DNA from: Candidatus Saccharimonadota bacterium
GTDB lineage: Bacteria; Patescibacteriota; Saccharimonadia; Saccharimonadales; DTSZ01
NCBI GenBank assembly: GCA_012965045.1
Contig: DTSZ01000001.1
Location: 503,763 to 567,762, forward strand
Direction of reading: 5' to 3'
DNA: 64,000 bases
Shown: positions 46,018 through 55,842 of the stretch, piece by piece
Position numbering within the stretch: the first letter of the stretch is position 1
Layout of the letters: each line of letters opens with the position of its first letter
The notes under the pieces: generated by a model
What the model saw: only the letters and a program-made list of their open reading frames with translations
The model's database searches: none
What the model was told of the DNA's origin: nothing
Translations under genes and position numbers: made by a program

Positions 46018-48148
46018 CTGCCCCAGCTGCCGCTAAGCTAAACCTAAATCCGAACGTCGAGCCTTTTCCTTCGGTAGACTCGTAAATCATTGATCCACCT
46101 TGGTCTTTGATGACTTTTTGTGCCATGTATAGCCCTAGTCCCGTGCCATCAGGTCGGGCACTTTTGGCATTTTCTGCACGATAAAATTTTGTAAACAATT
46201 TGTCTTTGGCGTCTTCCGGTACACCGATTCCATTGTCTGTTACTTTAAATTCAAAGCTGTCTTCATTTAAAATTAACTCTACCTCAACACGCCCCTCTGC
46301 CGGTGTGTAGTAAATTGCATTGTCGATCAAATTCATAATTACCTGCCTGGTTTTGGTTTCGTCTAGTTGCGCATCAGGGAAGCGGTCTGGGGTGCGCACA
46401 GTTAATGCCTGGCTTTTAGCCTCGGCTGCACGCTGCAACTGCTCTACCTCACTCTTAATAACCTTCGCAAGGTTTACTGTTGTTTTTTCGATGATAAATT
46501 TACCAGTAGCAATTCGTGAAACATTTAAAAGGTCGGCTATTAAATACACCATTCTCTCTGAACTAGTGTAGGCGAGCTCAATAATATTCTGTTGTTTTTC
46601 TTGTAGAGCCCCGAAGTCACCTTCTTGCAGCATCGAAAGATAGCCCTTTATAGTCGTCAAAGGGGTTCTGAGTTGATGTGAAGCCATAGAAATAAAGTCG
46701 TCTTTGGCTTGGTCGAGCTCTTTAAGTTTTAGATTCTTTAAACGAAGCTCCTGAGTGGCTTTTTCTATTTTTAGCTCAAGTGTTTTTGTGAATTGTTTTA
46801 TTTCTTCATAGCGCAGAGAGTTCTGCAATGCGATCGCTATCTCATCGCTAATAATATCGATAATTTGTAGGTCGCGAGCGCTAAAAGCATTGCCGCTTTT
46901 TTTATCACCAAAAATCAATAACCCTAATATGTTATTGTCTTGGTCCTTTAGCTTAGAAACAACAGCTACATCAGCTTGAATGAATGCATGCTTAATGCCG
47001 TTGACTTGATCCTCGATAAGATCAAGTTCAACTACTTTTTGCTGGTCGGTAAGAAACGTTTTTAAAAGGCCCTGACTTTCGGCATCTGGCTTCACCGCCC
47101 GCAAAGGATACTGCTCTAATTCTAAAAACCTAAGCTTTAACTGCGATTTCACCAGATCTATAACACCACGCTTTAACTCAACTACATCAAGTGACGAAAC
47201 TAAGATATCATTCAATTTGTCGAACAGCTCTTGAGTGTCATAGGCGTCCTGATAGAAAAGTCTATTCGTACACTTATCGAAGAAAGAGCGCAGAGGCTGG
47301 AAAATTACAGCGCTTATAACAGCAAGTGCACCGTAGAGAATGTGGGGTGTTCTTGCAGTGTCATTAGCGTCAAAGAATAGGCTACCCAGAATAATCACTA
47401 CAGCGATGTAGCCACCAAGCAACGTCACTAACAGCAAAGCATATGCAATTGACCTCGCTACAATTGCTCGGATTTCAAGCAAGCGATGCTTAATGATGGC
47501 GTATGCGGCAAAACTCGTAAATATAAGGGTGAAGCCGGGCCCAAAATTTATGAAGAAGGTAGTATTAAATATTAGAACTGCAATCAGATTTGTGGCTAGA
47601 ATTGCACTAAGAGACAGCACTATGCCGAGCAATAAATAGCGCAGTTGCAGGCGGGTCAGTCCTCGGGATTTTCTGAATTTACTAAATAATTTAAACGAGC
47701 CAAAGCCGATTAGTACCACTGTTTGTAGAAGAAAAAGCACTATGCCAGGACCGGGAATTGGCGATACTGTCTCGGTATTTGTAGCATCAATGCCGCTAAA
47801 AACCAGCGGCGTTAATGTCAGGATCGACACAAAAACTGTAAAATACAGAGCCCATTTATACTTAAACGATGTGGCGGTAGTTTTATCCGGGAAAACACTC
47901 AATGTAAAAAAAGCCATAAAGTTCAGCCAGGCTGCAGAAAACATTACTATCCGAATAGTCGTAATTTGACTAAAAATTTCGAGAGACTGAACGGATAAGT
48001 AATTTGCGATGGACCATGCGGCGAATGCAATTGTAAGTCCAAAAAAAGATTTGTTAGTTACACTGCGTGGGTTCTTTATGAAAACACCGTAGCCTAGTAT
48101 TAGGTTTACGAAAGCAGCTATAAAAAGTGATACAAGTTGTATGGTCAT
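45986..48148 (-). CDS. Sensor histidine kinase (multi-TM N-terminal sensor, GAF-like region, HisKA, HATPase_c)
   Basis: 720 aa. H-box FISMASHQLRTPLTTIKGY, N-box NLIDNAIYYT, G-boxes DNGIGV / GTGLGL. Confidence 0.85.
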   Translation of the reverse strand: MTIQLVSLFIAAFVNLILGYGVFIKNPRSVTNKSFFGLTIAFAAWSIANYLSVQSLEIFSQITTIRIVMFSAAWLNFMAFFTLSVFPDKTTATSFKYKWALYFTVFVSILTLTPLVFSGIDATNTETVSPIPGPGIVLFLLQTVVLIGFGSFKLFSKFRKSRGLTRLQLRYLLLGIVLSLSAILATNLIAVLIFNTTFFINFGPGFTLIFTSFAAYAIIKHRLLEIRAIVARSIAYALLLVTLLGGYIAVVIILGSLFFDANDTARTPHILYGALAVISAVIFQPLRSFFDKCTNRLFYQDAYDTQELFDKLNDILVSSLDVVELKRGVIDLVKSQLKLRFLELEQYPLRAVKPDAESQGLLKTFLTDQQKVVELDLIEDQVNGIKHAFIQADVAVVSKLKDQDNNILGLLIFGDKKSGNAFSARDLQIIDIISDEIAIALQNSLRYEEIKQFTKTLELKIEKATQELRLKNLKLKELDQAKDDFISMASHQLRTPLTTIKGYLSMLQEGDFGALQEKQQNIIELAYTSSERMVYLIADLLNVSRIATGKFIIEKTTVNLAKVIKSEVEQLQRAAEAKSQALTVRTPDRFPDAQLDETKTRQVIMNLIDNAIYYTPAEGRVEVELILNEDSFEFKVTDNGIGVPEDAKDKLFTKFYRAENAKSARPDGTGLGLYMAQKVIKDQGGSMIYESTEGKGSTFGFRFSLAAAGAAKKSTKQDPK

Positions 48149-48195
48149 GCTTATGGTTCTTCCCAGTTATCATAGCATGCTGATATGCTAATAGC

Positions 48196-49158
48196 GTGAC
48201 TGAAAAAATTGAAAAACTTATACAACTCGCGCGTCTTGCTCCATCGGTGCATAACACTCAACCGTGGCGCGTATTGGTCAAGGATAATACTTTGAATGTA
48301 TCCGTTCATGAGCCAAGTGTCTTAGATCACGGAGACCCGACGCTACGGGAGCTGTGGTTAAGTGTTGGTTGTTTTATGTACTGTTTAGAGCAAATTAGCC
48401 CAGAATGCGGCCTCCAACTCACGCCGCTGGAAACACAAACTAGCAACCTAAGTTCTGTAGTTTGCACCTACACAATCAAGCAAATTGAGCCCACCGCACC
48501 GAAGATAAGCATACTATTGCAAACCCGCCGTAGTGATCGACGTTTATATGCCAAAGATCCACTTTCGAAAAAAAATAAATCTTTACTACAATCGCTTATT
48601 TGCCCTGAAGGCACGGCTGTTTCAGTCGTGGATGATAAAGTCATTCTCGCTAAAGCTGCTAGCCTTACAGCCACCGGACTTAGAATGGCCTTTTCCATGC
48701 CTGACTTTCGAAAAGAACTGTCAGATTTAATTATCGCTACTAATAGTCGGCAAAATACCGGCCTCTACTACTACGCCCTCAACCGTACTAGAGTAGGTGG
48801 GTGGATGGAAAAGCTCTCTATCCGAACAGGGATCAATACCCAAAAACTCGTCCAAAATGACTATGATCGAATCCTCAACAGTTCGGCTTTGGTGTTTATT
48901 TTAAGTGATGGTGACACCCCGAAATATTGGACTTCAGCCGGCAAGACATATATGGCAGCTAGTATCAAAATAGAGGATCTCGGTCTCGCCCAGTCAACTA
49001 CAGCTGCACTGGTAGAAGCTGGAGATTTACATGAAGAAATTGAAAATTTGATCGGAACCAAAAATCGAATTCAGGCAGTAATTCGTATAGGAACACCTCG
49101 ACATAACGGTAGACCTAAAAGGACTCCTCGTTTAAGTGTCAGCGAAATTTCTACATAG
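48196..49158 (+). CDS. Two-lobed nitroreductase-family (Acg-like) protein
   Basis: 320 aa. LARLAPSVHNTQPW. The size fits a duplicated nitroreductase fold. Confidence 0.65.
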   Translation: MTEKIEKLIQLARLAPSVHNTQPWRVLVKDNTLNVSVHEPSVLDHGDPTLRELWLSVGCFMYCLEQISPECGLQLTPLETQTSNLSSVVCTYTIKQIEPTAPKISILLQTRRSDRRLYAKDPLSKKNKSLLQSLICPEGTAVSVVDDKVILAKAASLTATGLRMAFSMPDFRKELSDLIIATNSRQNTGLYYYALNRTRVGGWMEKLSIRTGINTQKLVQNDYDRILNSSALVFILSDGDTPKYWTSAGKTYMAASIKIEDLGLAQSTTAALVEAGDLHEEIENLIGTKNRIQAVIRIGTPRHNGRPKRTPRLSVSEIST

Positions 49159-50395
49159 AATCAAGTGTGTCCTGGACCAGCTTAGTGTGTTTCTTGTGCT
49201 CTTTTCTATTCTTGCGCGAAGTAGCACCTGCGAGGAGTAGATCATCGAGATTGATCGAATACCTTCCAGTTTTTAGTGGTTGCCCAAGACAGATCATGCG
49301 GACAGCGTAAGCAAGAACGCCACCAGCTCGTATAGCTGTCACCCCAAGCTGTGGCTGAGTTACAAGTTTAGTGCCAATTTTGAGTAATGACTGCTGCATT
49401 CGGAGTGGTACATTTTTTGTATTGATAATACTGGTTGCGAACTTTAACCATTCGCGCTGTGTCATGTCTTTTCTTTCAAGCACTTTCTCAATATCACCAG
49501 CAAGGCCATGAAATAGCGGTAGATTTTCGTCAGTATCGAATCGTTCAACATCTAGCATAACTGAATCACCTAAATCAGTTACCATAAGCACAGGAATGCC
49601 TCGGCGACGAGCCTCAATACGCAAACGAATTTTTGTCTCTAAATCATCTACCTCATCGACAACCACATCTAAACTCCATGGATCTTCGAAAAATGATTTG
49701 AGATTTTTTTCTGTAATGCTTGGGTAAATAATAAGCTCTTGGTATGGATTCATTTCATAGAGTTGTCGCGCAATCACTTTTGACTTAACTTCTCCAATAT
49801 CATGGACAGCGGCACGAATGCGATTAAGATTAGAACCACTAATAACAGCCCCATCTGCAATTTTAAGCTTATTAGATGTACCTTCGATAGCAATTGAGGT
49901 TGCCGCATTGCTGCCAACACTCATTCCCAGACACCCTACGCGGATATCGCTGAGTTGTTTCTGTTCATCTTGAGTTATTAAGTCCTTGTTTCTAATTGTC
50001 CTCATTTCGCCAAATAGTTCTTTGTTTAAAATATGTATGAGCTTCCCATTCCATGGAAAATACACCCAACTACCTTTTTTCCAGGAATCGACGCCATCAT
50101 AGTGCTTATCGACATATTCTTTAACTGATGCTCGTTTCACTTGGATATTCGCTCGATAAACCTGAGGATTTCTACTGATCACAAGCTCTGCAAGCTGCTC
50201 ATCGTAGTTATCATGAATAGATGTTATAGGCGTGGATGCCACAAATTTTAACAACTTTTTTTGATTTGCTTTGTCTGACACATCAAAGACGATCGGCTCA
50301 CATGATGAAGTGTTTAAGGCTGATGCTGCAGCCTTTTGCAGCTCAGACGGCCATTCTTGATAATAATCAGTTTGAGTTATTTTTTGACTACCCAC
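49151..50395 (-). CDS. ThiF/MoeB/E1-like adenylyltransferase-family protein (Rv1355c N-domain-like)
   Basis: 414 aa. IRVGCLGMSVGSNAATSIAIEG...IADGAVISGSNLNRI (Rossmann/ThiF pattern), VVDEVDDLETKIRL. Confidence 0.65.
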   Translation of the reverse strand: MGSQKITQTDYYQEWPSELQKAAASALNTSSCEPIVFDVSDKANQKKLLKFVASTPITSIHDNYDEQLAELVISRNPQVYRANIQVKRASVKEYVDKHYDGVDSWKKGSWVYFPWNGKLIHILNKELFGEMRTIRNKDLITQDEQKQLSDIRVGCLGMSVGSNAATSIAIEGTSNKLKIADGAVISGSNLNRIRAAVHDIGEVKSKVIARQLYEMNPYQELIIYPSITEKNLKSFFEDPWSLDVVVDEVDDLETKIRLRIEARRRGIPVLMVTDLGDSVMLDVERFDTDENLPLFHGLAGDIEKVLERKDMTQREWLKFATSIINTKNVPLRMQQSLLKIGTKLVTQPQLGVTAIRAGGVLAYAVRMICLGQPLKTGRYSINLDDLLLAGATSRKNRKEHKKHTKLVQDTLDSM

Positions 50396-50397
50396 TA

Positions 50398-51837
50398 CTA
50401 CTCACCTCTCTTTAGCCAGCTATGTTTCACTGTACCGGAAAAAAAATCCGAATCACCATACGGTTTTAAAATAATATGCAGGTCAGCTTTATTACCGATC
50501 GCAGTTCTTAATTTCCTATATTCAGCATTTAGTTCTACTAACCGATCAGTAACTGCACGCTTAATTAAAACCGATGTTGATTCGTTAGGGGTAGAATTCG
50601 GGGCTAGCTCTACGACCACCTCTAAGTATTGATCTTGTTGAGGTGTGGTTTTTGTTATCATGCTAAATTTTCCGGTGGTTTGCCGTGCAATTGTATTGTC
50701 GAGCAAACCAGCTTTTATATTTTCTGGGTAAATATTGACTGCATAGATAGTAGCTGTAAAGTCTTTTCGGCCATTAATTGTTACATAAGGAAGATCTGAC
50801 CAATCTTGAATATGACGCGGACTAATTTCGTTGAGTCGTGGCCCTAGCTCGGTCGCTAGCTCTTCGAAGTCAGTAAAAACCTTTCCTTTATCATGAATAT
50901 TGTATCGAATAAGCGGAATTCCAGAATTAGTCGTAAACACTAATTCTTCGTTCACCTCCTCTATAAAACGCTTCTGGGGGTAAAAATTTACTAATGTCGG
51001 TTGAATATCAGTGCCGAATACTTGTCTGCTTGTCTGTAAGTCACTTGCAACTGCTTGTCGAATGTTTACCGACAACGGTGTTTCGTGCCCGATAATCGCC
51101 GCATCTGCGGTGCCATATATATTCACACTAAACTTTTGGATATTAGTTGCTCCAACCAGCTCTGCCATATGCGATCTCCAGTCTTCACTAAAGGATTCAC
51201 CTGCAAATAAAAATTTTATTACATGATCGGTCCACTGTATGTGTTCTTGACCTTCCAAAACAATATCTCGAACAAACGGTGGATAACCAGCAATAATTAT
51301 CTGGTCAAAGTTGTGCGCTAATTTACTAATTGCGCGGATTGCATCTTTTTTGTCGATCCCAGGAGTGATAACCATAAGGTCATTGGAGTTTTTTTCTGCT
51401 ATTTTCATTGCTGAAAATAAAGTAAAAGATCCAGCAATCCACGTTCCCATTGAAAAACAAATTACAACCAGAGTACTTTTTTGATGAATATCTAGTATTT
51501 TTGTAAAGATCTGCTCATGAATCTCGGCTCCCTCTGCATGATGCTCCGCTCCACGTGGCCAAAAAAACGGCTCCCCTGAAGAACCCGAACTAACAGATAT
51601 TATTTGGTTAGTGAAAAGCTCACCGTTCCAGCACAAATCTTTTAAAGGATATTGGCGTAAATAATTATCTTTATCAACTGGTGGGACGTTTTTGAAATCT
51701 TTAAATGTCTTAATTTTTTGCGGGACTATACTCTCCCTTGAAAGAAAATCTTTGTATGCGGGTATATTGTGGGCCGCTTTGTGGAATAACTCGACGGCCT
51801 TGGCGGAAGCGATTGTATAACGTGTATTTGTTTTCAT
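50398..51837 (-). CDS. PaaK/CapK-like adenylate-forming enzyme
   Basis: 479 aa. SVSSGSSGEPFFWPRG (SSGxxGxP adenylation motif), YGTADA, overall PaaK-like length. Confidence 0.55.
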   Translation of the reverse strand: MKTNTRYTIASAKAVELFHKAAHNIPAYKDFLSRESIVPQKIKTFKDFKNVPPVDKDNYLRQYPLKDLCWNGELFTNQIISVSSGSSGEPFFWPRGAEHHAEGAEIHEQIFTKILDIHQKSTLVVICFSMGTWIAGSFTLFSAMKIAEKNSNDLMVITPGIDKKDAIRAISKLAHNFDQIIIAGYPPFVRDIVLEGQEHIQWTDHVIKFLFAGESFSEDWRSHMAELVGATNIQKFSVNIYGTADAAIIGHETPLSVNIRQAVASDLQTSRQVFGTDIQPTLVNFYPQKRFIEEVNEELVFTTNSGIPLIRYNIHDKGKVFTDFEELATELGPRLNEISPRHIQDWSDLPYVTINGRKDFTATIYAVNIYPENIKAGLLDNTIARQTTGKFSMITKTTPQQDQYLEVVVELAPNSTPNESTSVLIKRAVTDRLVELNAEYRKLRTAIGNKADLHIILKPYGDSDFFSGTVKHSWLKRGE

Positions 51838-51915
51838 GCCAGTGTTAAACTTATGTTTAAAGTATAGTAAAAACTAGCACAATACAATTAAAGCTATATA
51901 ATCAAAGCTATAATT

Positions 51916-52287
51916 ATGACTAAAATCGCTATAATCGAAGATGATATCGCAATAGTGCAGATGTATTTAATGAAGTTCGAGTCCGAAGGGTTCGAAGTCT
52001 ATACGGCTGGCGATGGCGAACAAGGTTTAACGCTTATAAAAGACAAAAAACCAGATATTGTTTTGCTGGACCTTATGATGCCAGTTATGCGCGGTGACGA
52101 AATGCTGAGCCAGCTCCGAGCAGAAGACTGGGGCAAGGATGTTCCGGTGATCGTCCTTACGAATATGGGCGAAAGTGAAGCACCTGATTCAATCAAGAAA
52201 AACGGCGTATCTGGGTTTATTGTTAAGGCCCATATGACCCCTAAAGAGGTAGCAAATCTCGTTAAAGAAAAACTAAATATTACCTAG
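51916..52287 (+). CDS. Single-domain response regulator (CheY-like receiver)
   Basis: 123 aa. IEDD..., PDIVLLDLMMP (phospho-acceptor Asp), VLTNMG, KA. Confidence 0.85.
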   Translation: MTKIAIIEDDIAIVQMYLMKFESEGFEVYTAGDGEQGLTLIKDKKPDIVLLDLMMPVMRGDEMLSQLRAEDWGKDVPVIVLTNMGESEAPDSIKKNGVSGFIVKAHMTPKEVANLVKEKLNIT

Positions 52288-52288
52288 T

Positions 52289-52696
52289 ATGGCAGACGAT
52301 AAAGTTCAAAAACTTGAAAACTCTTCACCTGGCGGACTGAAAGGCTTGATCGGTTTGATACTGCTTGGGATTTTTGTCTTTATAATTTATTTTGCTTTTG
52401 TAAGTTCAAACGAACTACCGGCGGAAGAGTCACTAACACGTAGCCAGGCAGAAATCGCAGCAATCGCCGAGTTCAAAGAACTAACTACTGAAGAAACCAC
52501 TGCCACTATAGAAACAAGCGAAGAACAGACCTGGCCAGATGGTTGTCTTGGACTGCCAGATGTTGACCAGATATGTACCCAGGCGCTGGTTGAGGGATAC
52601 AGGATAACAGTAGTAAGCGATGAACATACAGCAGTATTTAGAACTAATTTAACTGGCTCAAACATAGCGCTGGAGTCCTTCGACGAAGCAAACTAA
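52289..52696 (+). CDS. Membrane-anchored hypothetical protein
   Basis: 135 aa. TM segment LIGLILLGIFVFIIYFAFV. Tightly coupled to its neighbours. Confidence 0.5.
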   Translation: MADDKVQKLENSSPGGLKGLIGLILLGIFVFIIYFAFVSSNELPAEESLTRSQAEIAAIAEFKELTTEETTATIETSEEQTWPDGCLGLPDVDQICTQALVEGYRITVVSDEHTAVFRTNLTGSNIALESFDEAN

Positions 52697-53346
52697 TGGA
52701 ACTTGCGTTTCTGCGAAAAAGCCAAGAAGCCGAGTCAATTTGGAGTTTCTATTTTACAAAACCGCCGGCGCTGCAATTTGAAGCTGGTGATTACGTAGAC
52801 GTAGAGATCGAAACCAGCTCAGTCCTTGGCGACCGTCGGTGGCTAACCATATCGTCTAGTCCAACCGCCGACCATATTCGGTTTAGTCTTAAAGTTCCGG
52901 TTTCTACAAGCGAATTTAAGCGTGCATTAATGAACCTCAAAAAAGACGACACCATTCAGGTATCGCCGCCAATTGGTACCTTCCATCTACCTAGACGTAA
53001 AGACGCACCGATTGTTTGGGTAGCCGGCGGCATTGGTATAACCCCATTTTTATCACAATCCCAATGGTTAATTGACACTAATCAAAATCGAACTATTGAA
53101 TGCCTTTATGTAGCAAAACCGAACGAACATGTTTTTGTCGATCAGTTAGTTAAAGTTAGTGAATTGACAACTACCACAGAACGACCAGCGCAGTTAGACC
53201 ACCTTTATACTAATCTAGTAAACAAACAAATATTTTTAAGCGGACCCCAGCCATTTTGCATGCATTACTATGATCAGCTCCAAAAAATGGGGCTATCTCG
53301 GCAGCAATTACACCTTGATTATTTTCCAGGTTACCAAACTATCTAA
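52696..53346 (+). CDS. FNR-like FAD/NAD(P)-binding oxidoreductase
   Basis: 216 aa. RWLTISSSP (RxYS-like FAD motif) and VWVAGGIGITPFLS (NAD motif). Confidence 0.7.
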   Translation: MELAFLRKSQEAESIWSFYFTKPPALQFEAGDYVDVEIETSSVLGDRRWLTISSSPTADHIRFSLKVPVSTSEFKRALMNLKKDDTIQVSPPIGTFHLPRRKDAPIVWVAGGIGITPFLSQSQWLIDTNQNRTIECLYVAKPNEHVFVDQLVKVSELTTTTERPAQLDHLYTNLVNKQIFLSGPQPFCMHYYDQLQKMGLSRQQLHLDYFPGYQTI

Positions 53347-53363
53347 CTTGGTATACTAAGCGA

Positions 53364-54323
53364 ATGAACATTGCAGTATTACGCGGCGGCCACCATAGCG
53401 AGCACGACGTTTCTATCAAATCTGGACAGACAATCATAGATGCTTTAGTAAGCAACAACACTGTCATCGATGTAGTTATTTCAAAAGATCTCAAAAGCTG
53501 GAATATTGATAATCAAAAACTCAGCGCCACTGAAGCCCTGCAACTGTTAACAAAGCAATGCGACATAGTCGTGCCAGTGCTTCATGGGCCATTCGGAGAA
53601 GACGGCACCATTCAAGGGGCGCTGGAGGCTGCTGGTTTGCCATATATCGGCTCTGGTGTACGGGCGAGCGCAATCGCCATGGACAAATTCACCACTAACC
53701 ATATGTTTTCTAGCTTAAACGAATTTAATATCCCAGATTTCTGCGCCATCAATGCCGCCGATCCATTAGGATCGTATCAAAATAGTATGGAGTCGATTGG
53801 GTTTCCATTAGTACTTAAGCCAGCACGCGGTGGCTCTTCGTTTGAGACCCAGTTTGTAAATACTGCTGCCGAGGCTGCGGAATTTTTGAAAGACGCCAAA
53901 AGTGATTTTTTTATTGCGCAAAAAGCAATTAGTGGCATGGAATTAACCTGTGGAGTTGTAGAAATTAGCGGCAAAGTAACAGCCCTCGAGGTCATTGAAA
54001 TTGTTCCGCCACATGGGTCGTTTTTTGACTACGATGCAAAATATACGCCAGGGGCAAGCCAAGAAATAATCCCCGCTCGTATAGAAAAAAACACTGCAAA
54101 CAGTGTTAAGCAACTGTCAGTAGCTGCTCACAAATATCTTGGCTGCAGCGGCATCACCAGGAGTGATTTTATTGTCGATGACCAGGACGTCGTGTGGTAC
54201 TTAGAAACAAACACAGCTCCAGGTATGACGGCAACTAGCTTGGTGCCCCAAGAACTTGCATATGCAAACATTGAGCTAGCTGACACAGTACAACAACTAT
54301 GCGCTGAAAGGTTGGCACAATGA
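53364..54323 (+). CDS. ddl: D-alanine--D-alanine ligase
   Basis: 319 aa. VLHGPFGEDGTIQGALEAAGLPYIGSG, ATP-grasp region, ETNTAPGMT. Confidence 0.9.
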   Translation: MNIAVLRGGHHSEHDVSIKSGQTIIDALVSNNTVIDVVISKDLKSWNIDNQKLSATEALQLLTKQCDIVVPVLHGPFGEDGTIQGALEAAGLPYIGSGVRASAIAMDKFTTNHMFSSLNEFNIPDFCAINAADPLGSYQNSMESIGFPLVLKPARGGSSFETQFVNTAAEAAEFLKDAKSDFFIAQKAISGMELTCGVVEISGKVTALEVIEIVPPHGSFFDYDAKYTPGASQEIIPARIEKNTANSVKQLSVAAHKYLGCSGITRSDFIVDDQDVVWYLETNTAPGMTATSLVPQELAYANIELADTVQQLCAERLAQ

Positions 54324-55612
54324 AAAATAAATTTAATACATTGATTACCTACGTGCTTCGCACTCTTGCTCGTTCGCTGCTAAAAAAGCACTCCCCTAAA
54401 GTAATTGCCATAACCGGCAGTGTCGGAAAAACCAGTACTAAGCGTGCAGTCGCTGCGGTAGTCGAGCAAACCTACAGAACGCAGTACCACAGCGGGAACT
54501 ACAACACGTCCATTGGTTTACCTTTAGCAATTTATGAGATCGAACTGCCTAAAAATATTTTTAACCCGTTGGCCTGGGTATCGGTGCTAGCGCGTATGGT
54601 TATTAAACGATTCACTTGGCGCTACCCGTATGAGTTATTAGTCTTAGAATATGGTATCGACACAGTTGGCGAAATGGACTTTTACTTAGGCATAGCAAAA
54701 CCAGACATTGGCGTAGTAACGGCTATTCAGGGTGCCCACTTAGGGGCGGGCCTCGGTGATATAGACACAGTCTATGTAGAAAAAACAAAACTCGCCAAAG
54801 CCGCCAAGGTTGCCATTGCAAACGGCGATGATAAACGACTGCAAACAACCCTACTCAAAGAACTACCGCAACTAGTTTTATATGGGCAAAACTCCGCCGC
54901 TACATACCCTGCTCACTTCTCTCAAGACTCGTCTGGCTATCTAGTAATAACGTTTGAGTCGGCAATAACAGTAAAAACTCAGTTTGTTGGTATGCATAGC
55001 GGTAGCGCGTTTGCAGCCGCTTGGTCTGTTGGTCGAGAGCTGGGCATTGATGAAACAATTATGGCGACGGCTCTAGAAAATCTACAACCTTACAGTGGTC
55101 GCATGAACCTGTTGACTGGCAAAAAATCGAGCATTATTCTGGACGACTCGTACAACAACGTCAGTGTGACTGCCGCAAAAACAGCAATAGATTCCCTGGT
55201 CGCCTTCCCGGCAACTAAGAGCGGTCGAAAAATTGTAGTTTTTGGCATGATGAATGAAATGGGTCAGGCTTCGGCCGCAAATCACAAAGAACTCGCCCGC
55301 TATCTTGTTAGCCAATTAAAAAATAAGTCGCTTGATCAAGTGCTACTGTTAGGTGATCATCCAAAGAAATATATGCTGCCAATACTTGCCCAGTACGACT
55401 CCTCAACCAAAGCATTCTTGTCACCGTACGAGCTCGGTAATTTCTTGAGTCATACATTAAAAAAAGGCGATGTGGTATTGATTAAGGGCAGTCAAAATGG
55501 AGTGTTTTCAGAAGAAGTAACCGCCCTGCTCCTTAAAAACGAATCGGACCGATCAAAGCTAGTGCGTCAAACTGCCCAATGGCAAAAAATAAAACACCAA
55601 CAGTTTTCTTAA
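54320..55612 (+). CDS. murF: UDP-MurNAc-tripeptide--D-Ala-D-Ala ligase
   Basis: 430 aa. ITGSVGKTSTK, LEYGID, DDSYN. Directly follows ddl with a 4-nt overlap. Confidence 0.8.
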   Translation: MKNKFNTLITYVLRTLARSLLKKHSPKVIAITGSVGKTSTKRAVAAVVEQTYRTQYHSGNYNTSIGLPLAIYEIELPKNIFNPLAWVSVLARMVIKRFTWRYPYELLVLEYGIDTVGEMDFYLGIAKPDIGVVTAIQGAHLGAGLGDIDTVYVEKTKLAKAAKVAIANGDDKRLQTTLLKELPQLVLYGQNSAATYPAHFSQDSSGYLVITFESAITVKTQFVGMHSGSAFAAAWSVGRELGIDETIMATALENLQPYSGRMNLLTGKKSSIILDDSYNNVSVTAAKTAIDSLVAFPATKSGRKIVVFGMMNEMGQASAANHKELARYLVSQLKNKSLDQVLLLGDHPKKYMLPILAQYDSSTKAFLSPYELGNFLSHTLKKGDVVLIKGSQNGVFSEEVTALLLKNESDRSKLVRQTAQWQKIKHQQFS

Positions 55613-55812
55613 TGGCGCTCTAATGCCTCGTATTTACTTATAAGGATTTCGCCAAGCTCGCCTAGAACTTTCTGCCATTGAGCCATATCAAGCTCTCTCA
55701 CAGATTCATCAACGGCATTGTTGTATGCTTCGTTTACTTCTTCGATTGTTTTTGCATTGCGCAAGTCTGATGCATAACGCGCATACGGCGACCAGTATAA
55801 TTCGTCATTCAT
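55609..55812 (-). CDS. Small hypothetical protein
   Basis: 67-aa track ORF. No motif recognised. Confidence 0.35.
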   Translation of the reverse strand: MNDELYWSPYARYASDLRNAKTIEEVNEAYNNAVDESVRELDMAQWQKVLGELGEILISKYEALERH

Positions 55813-55842
55813 AGATTAATGACAATATGGTAAATGAAAATA

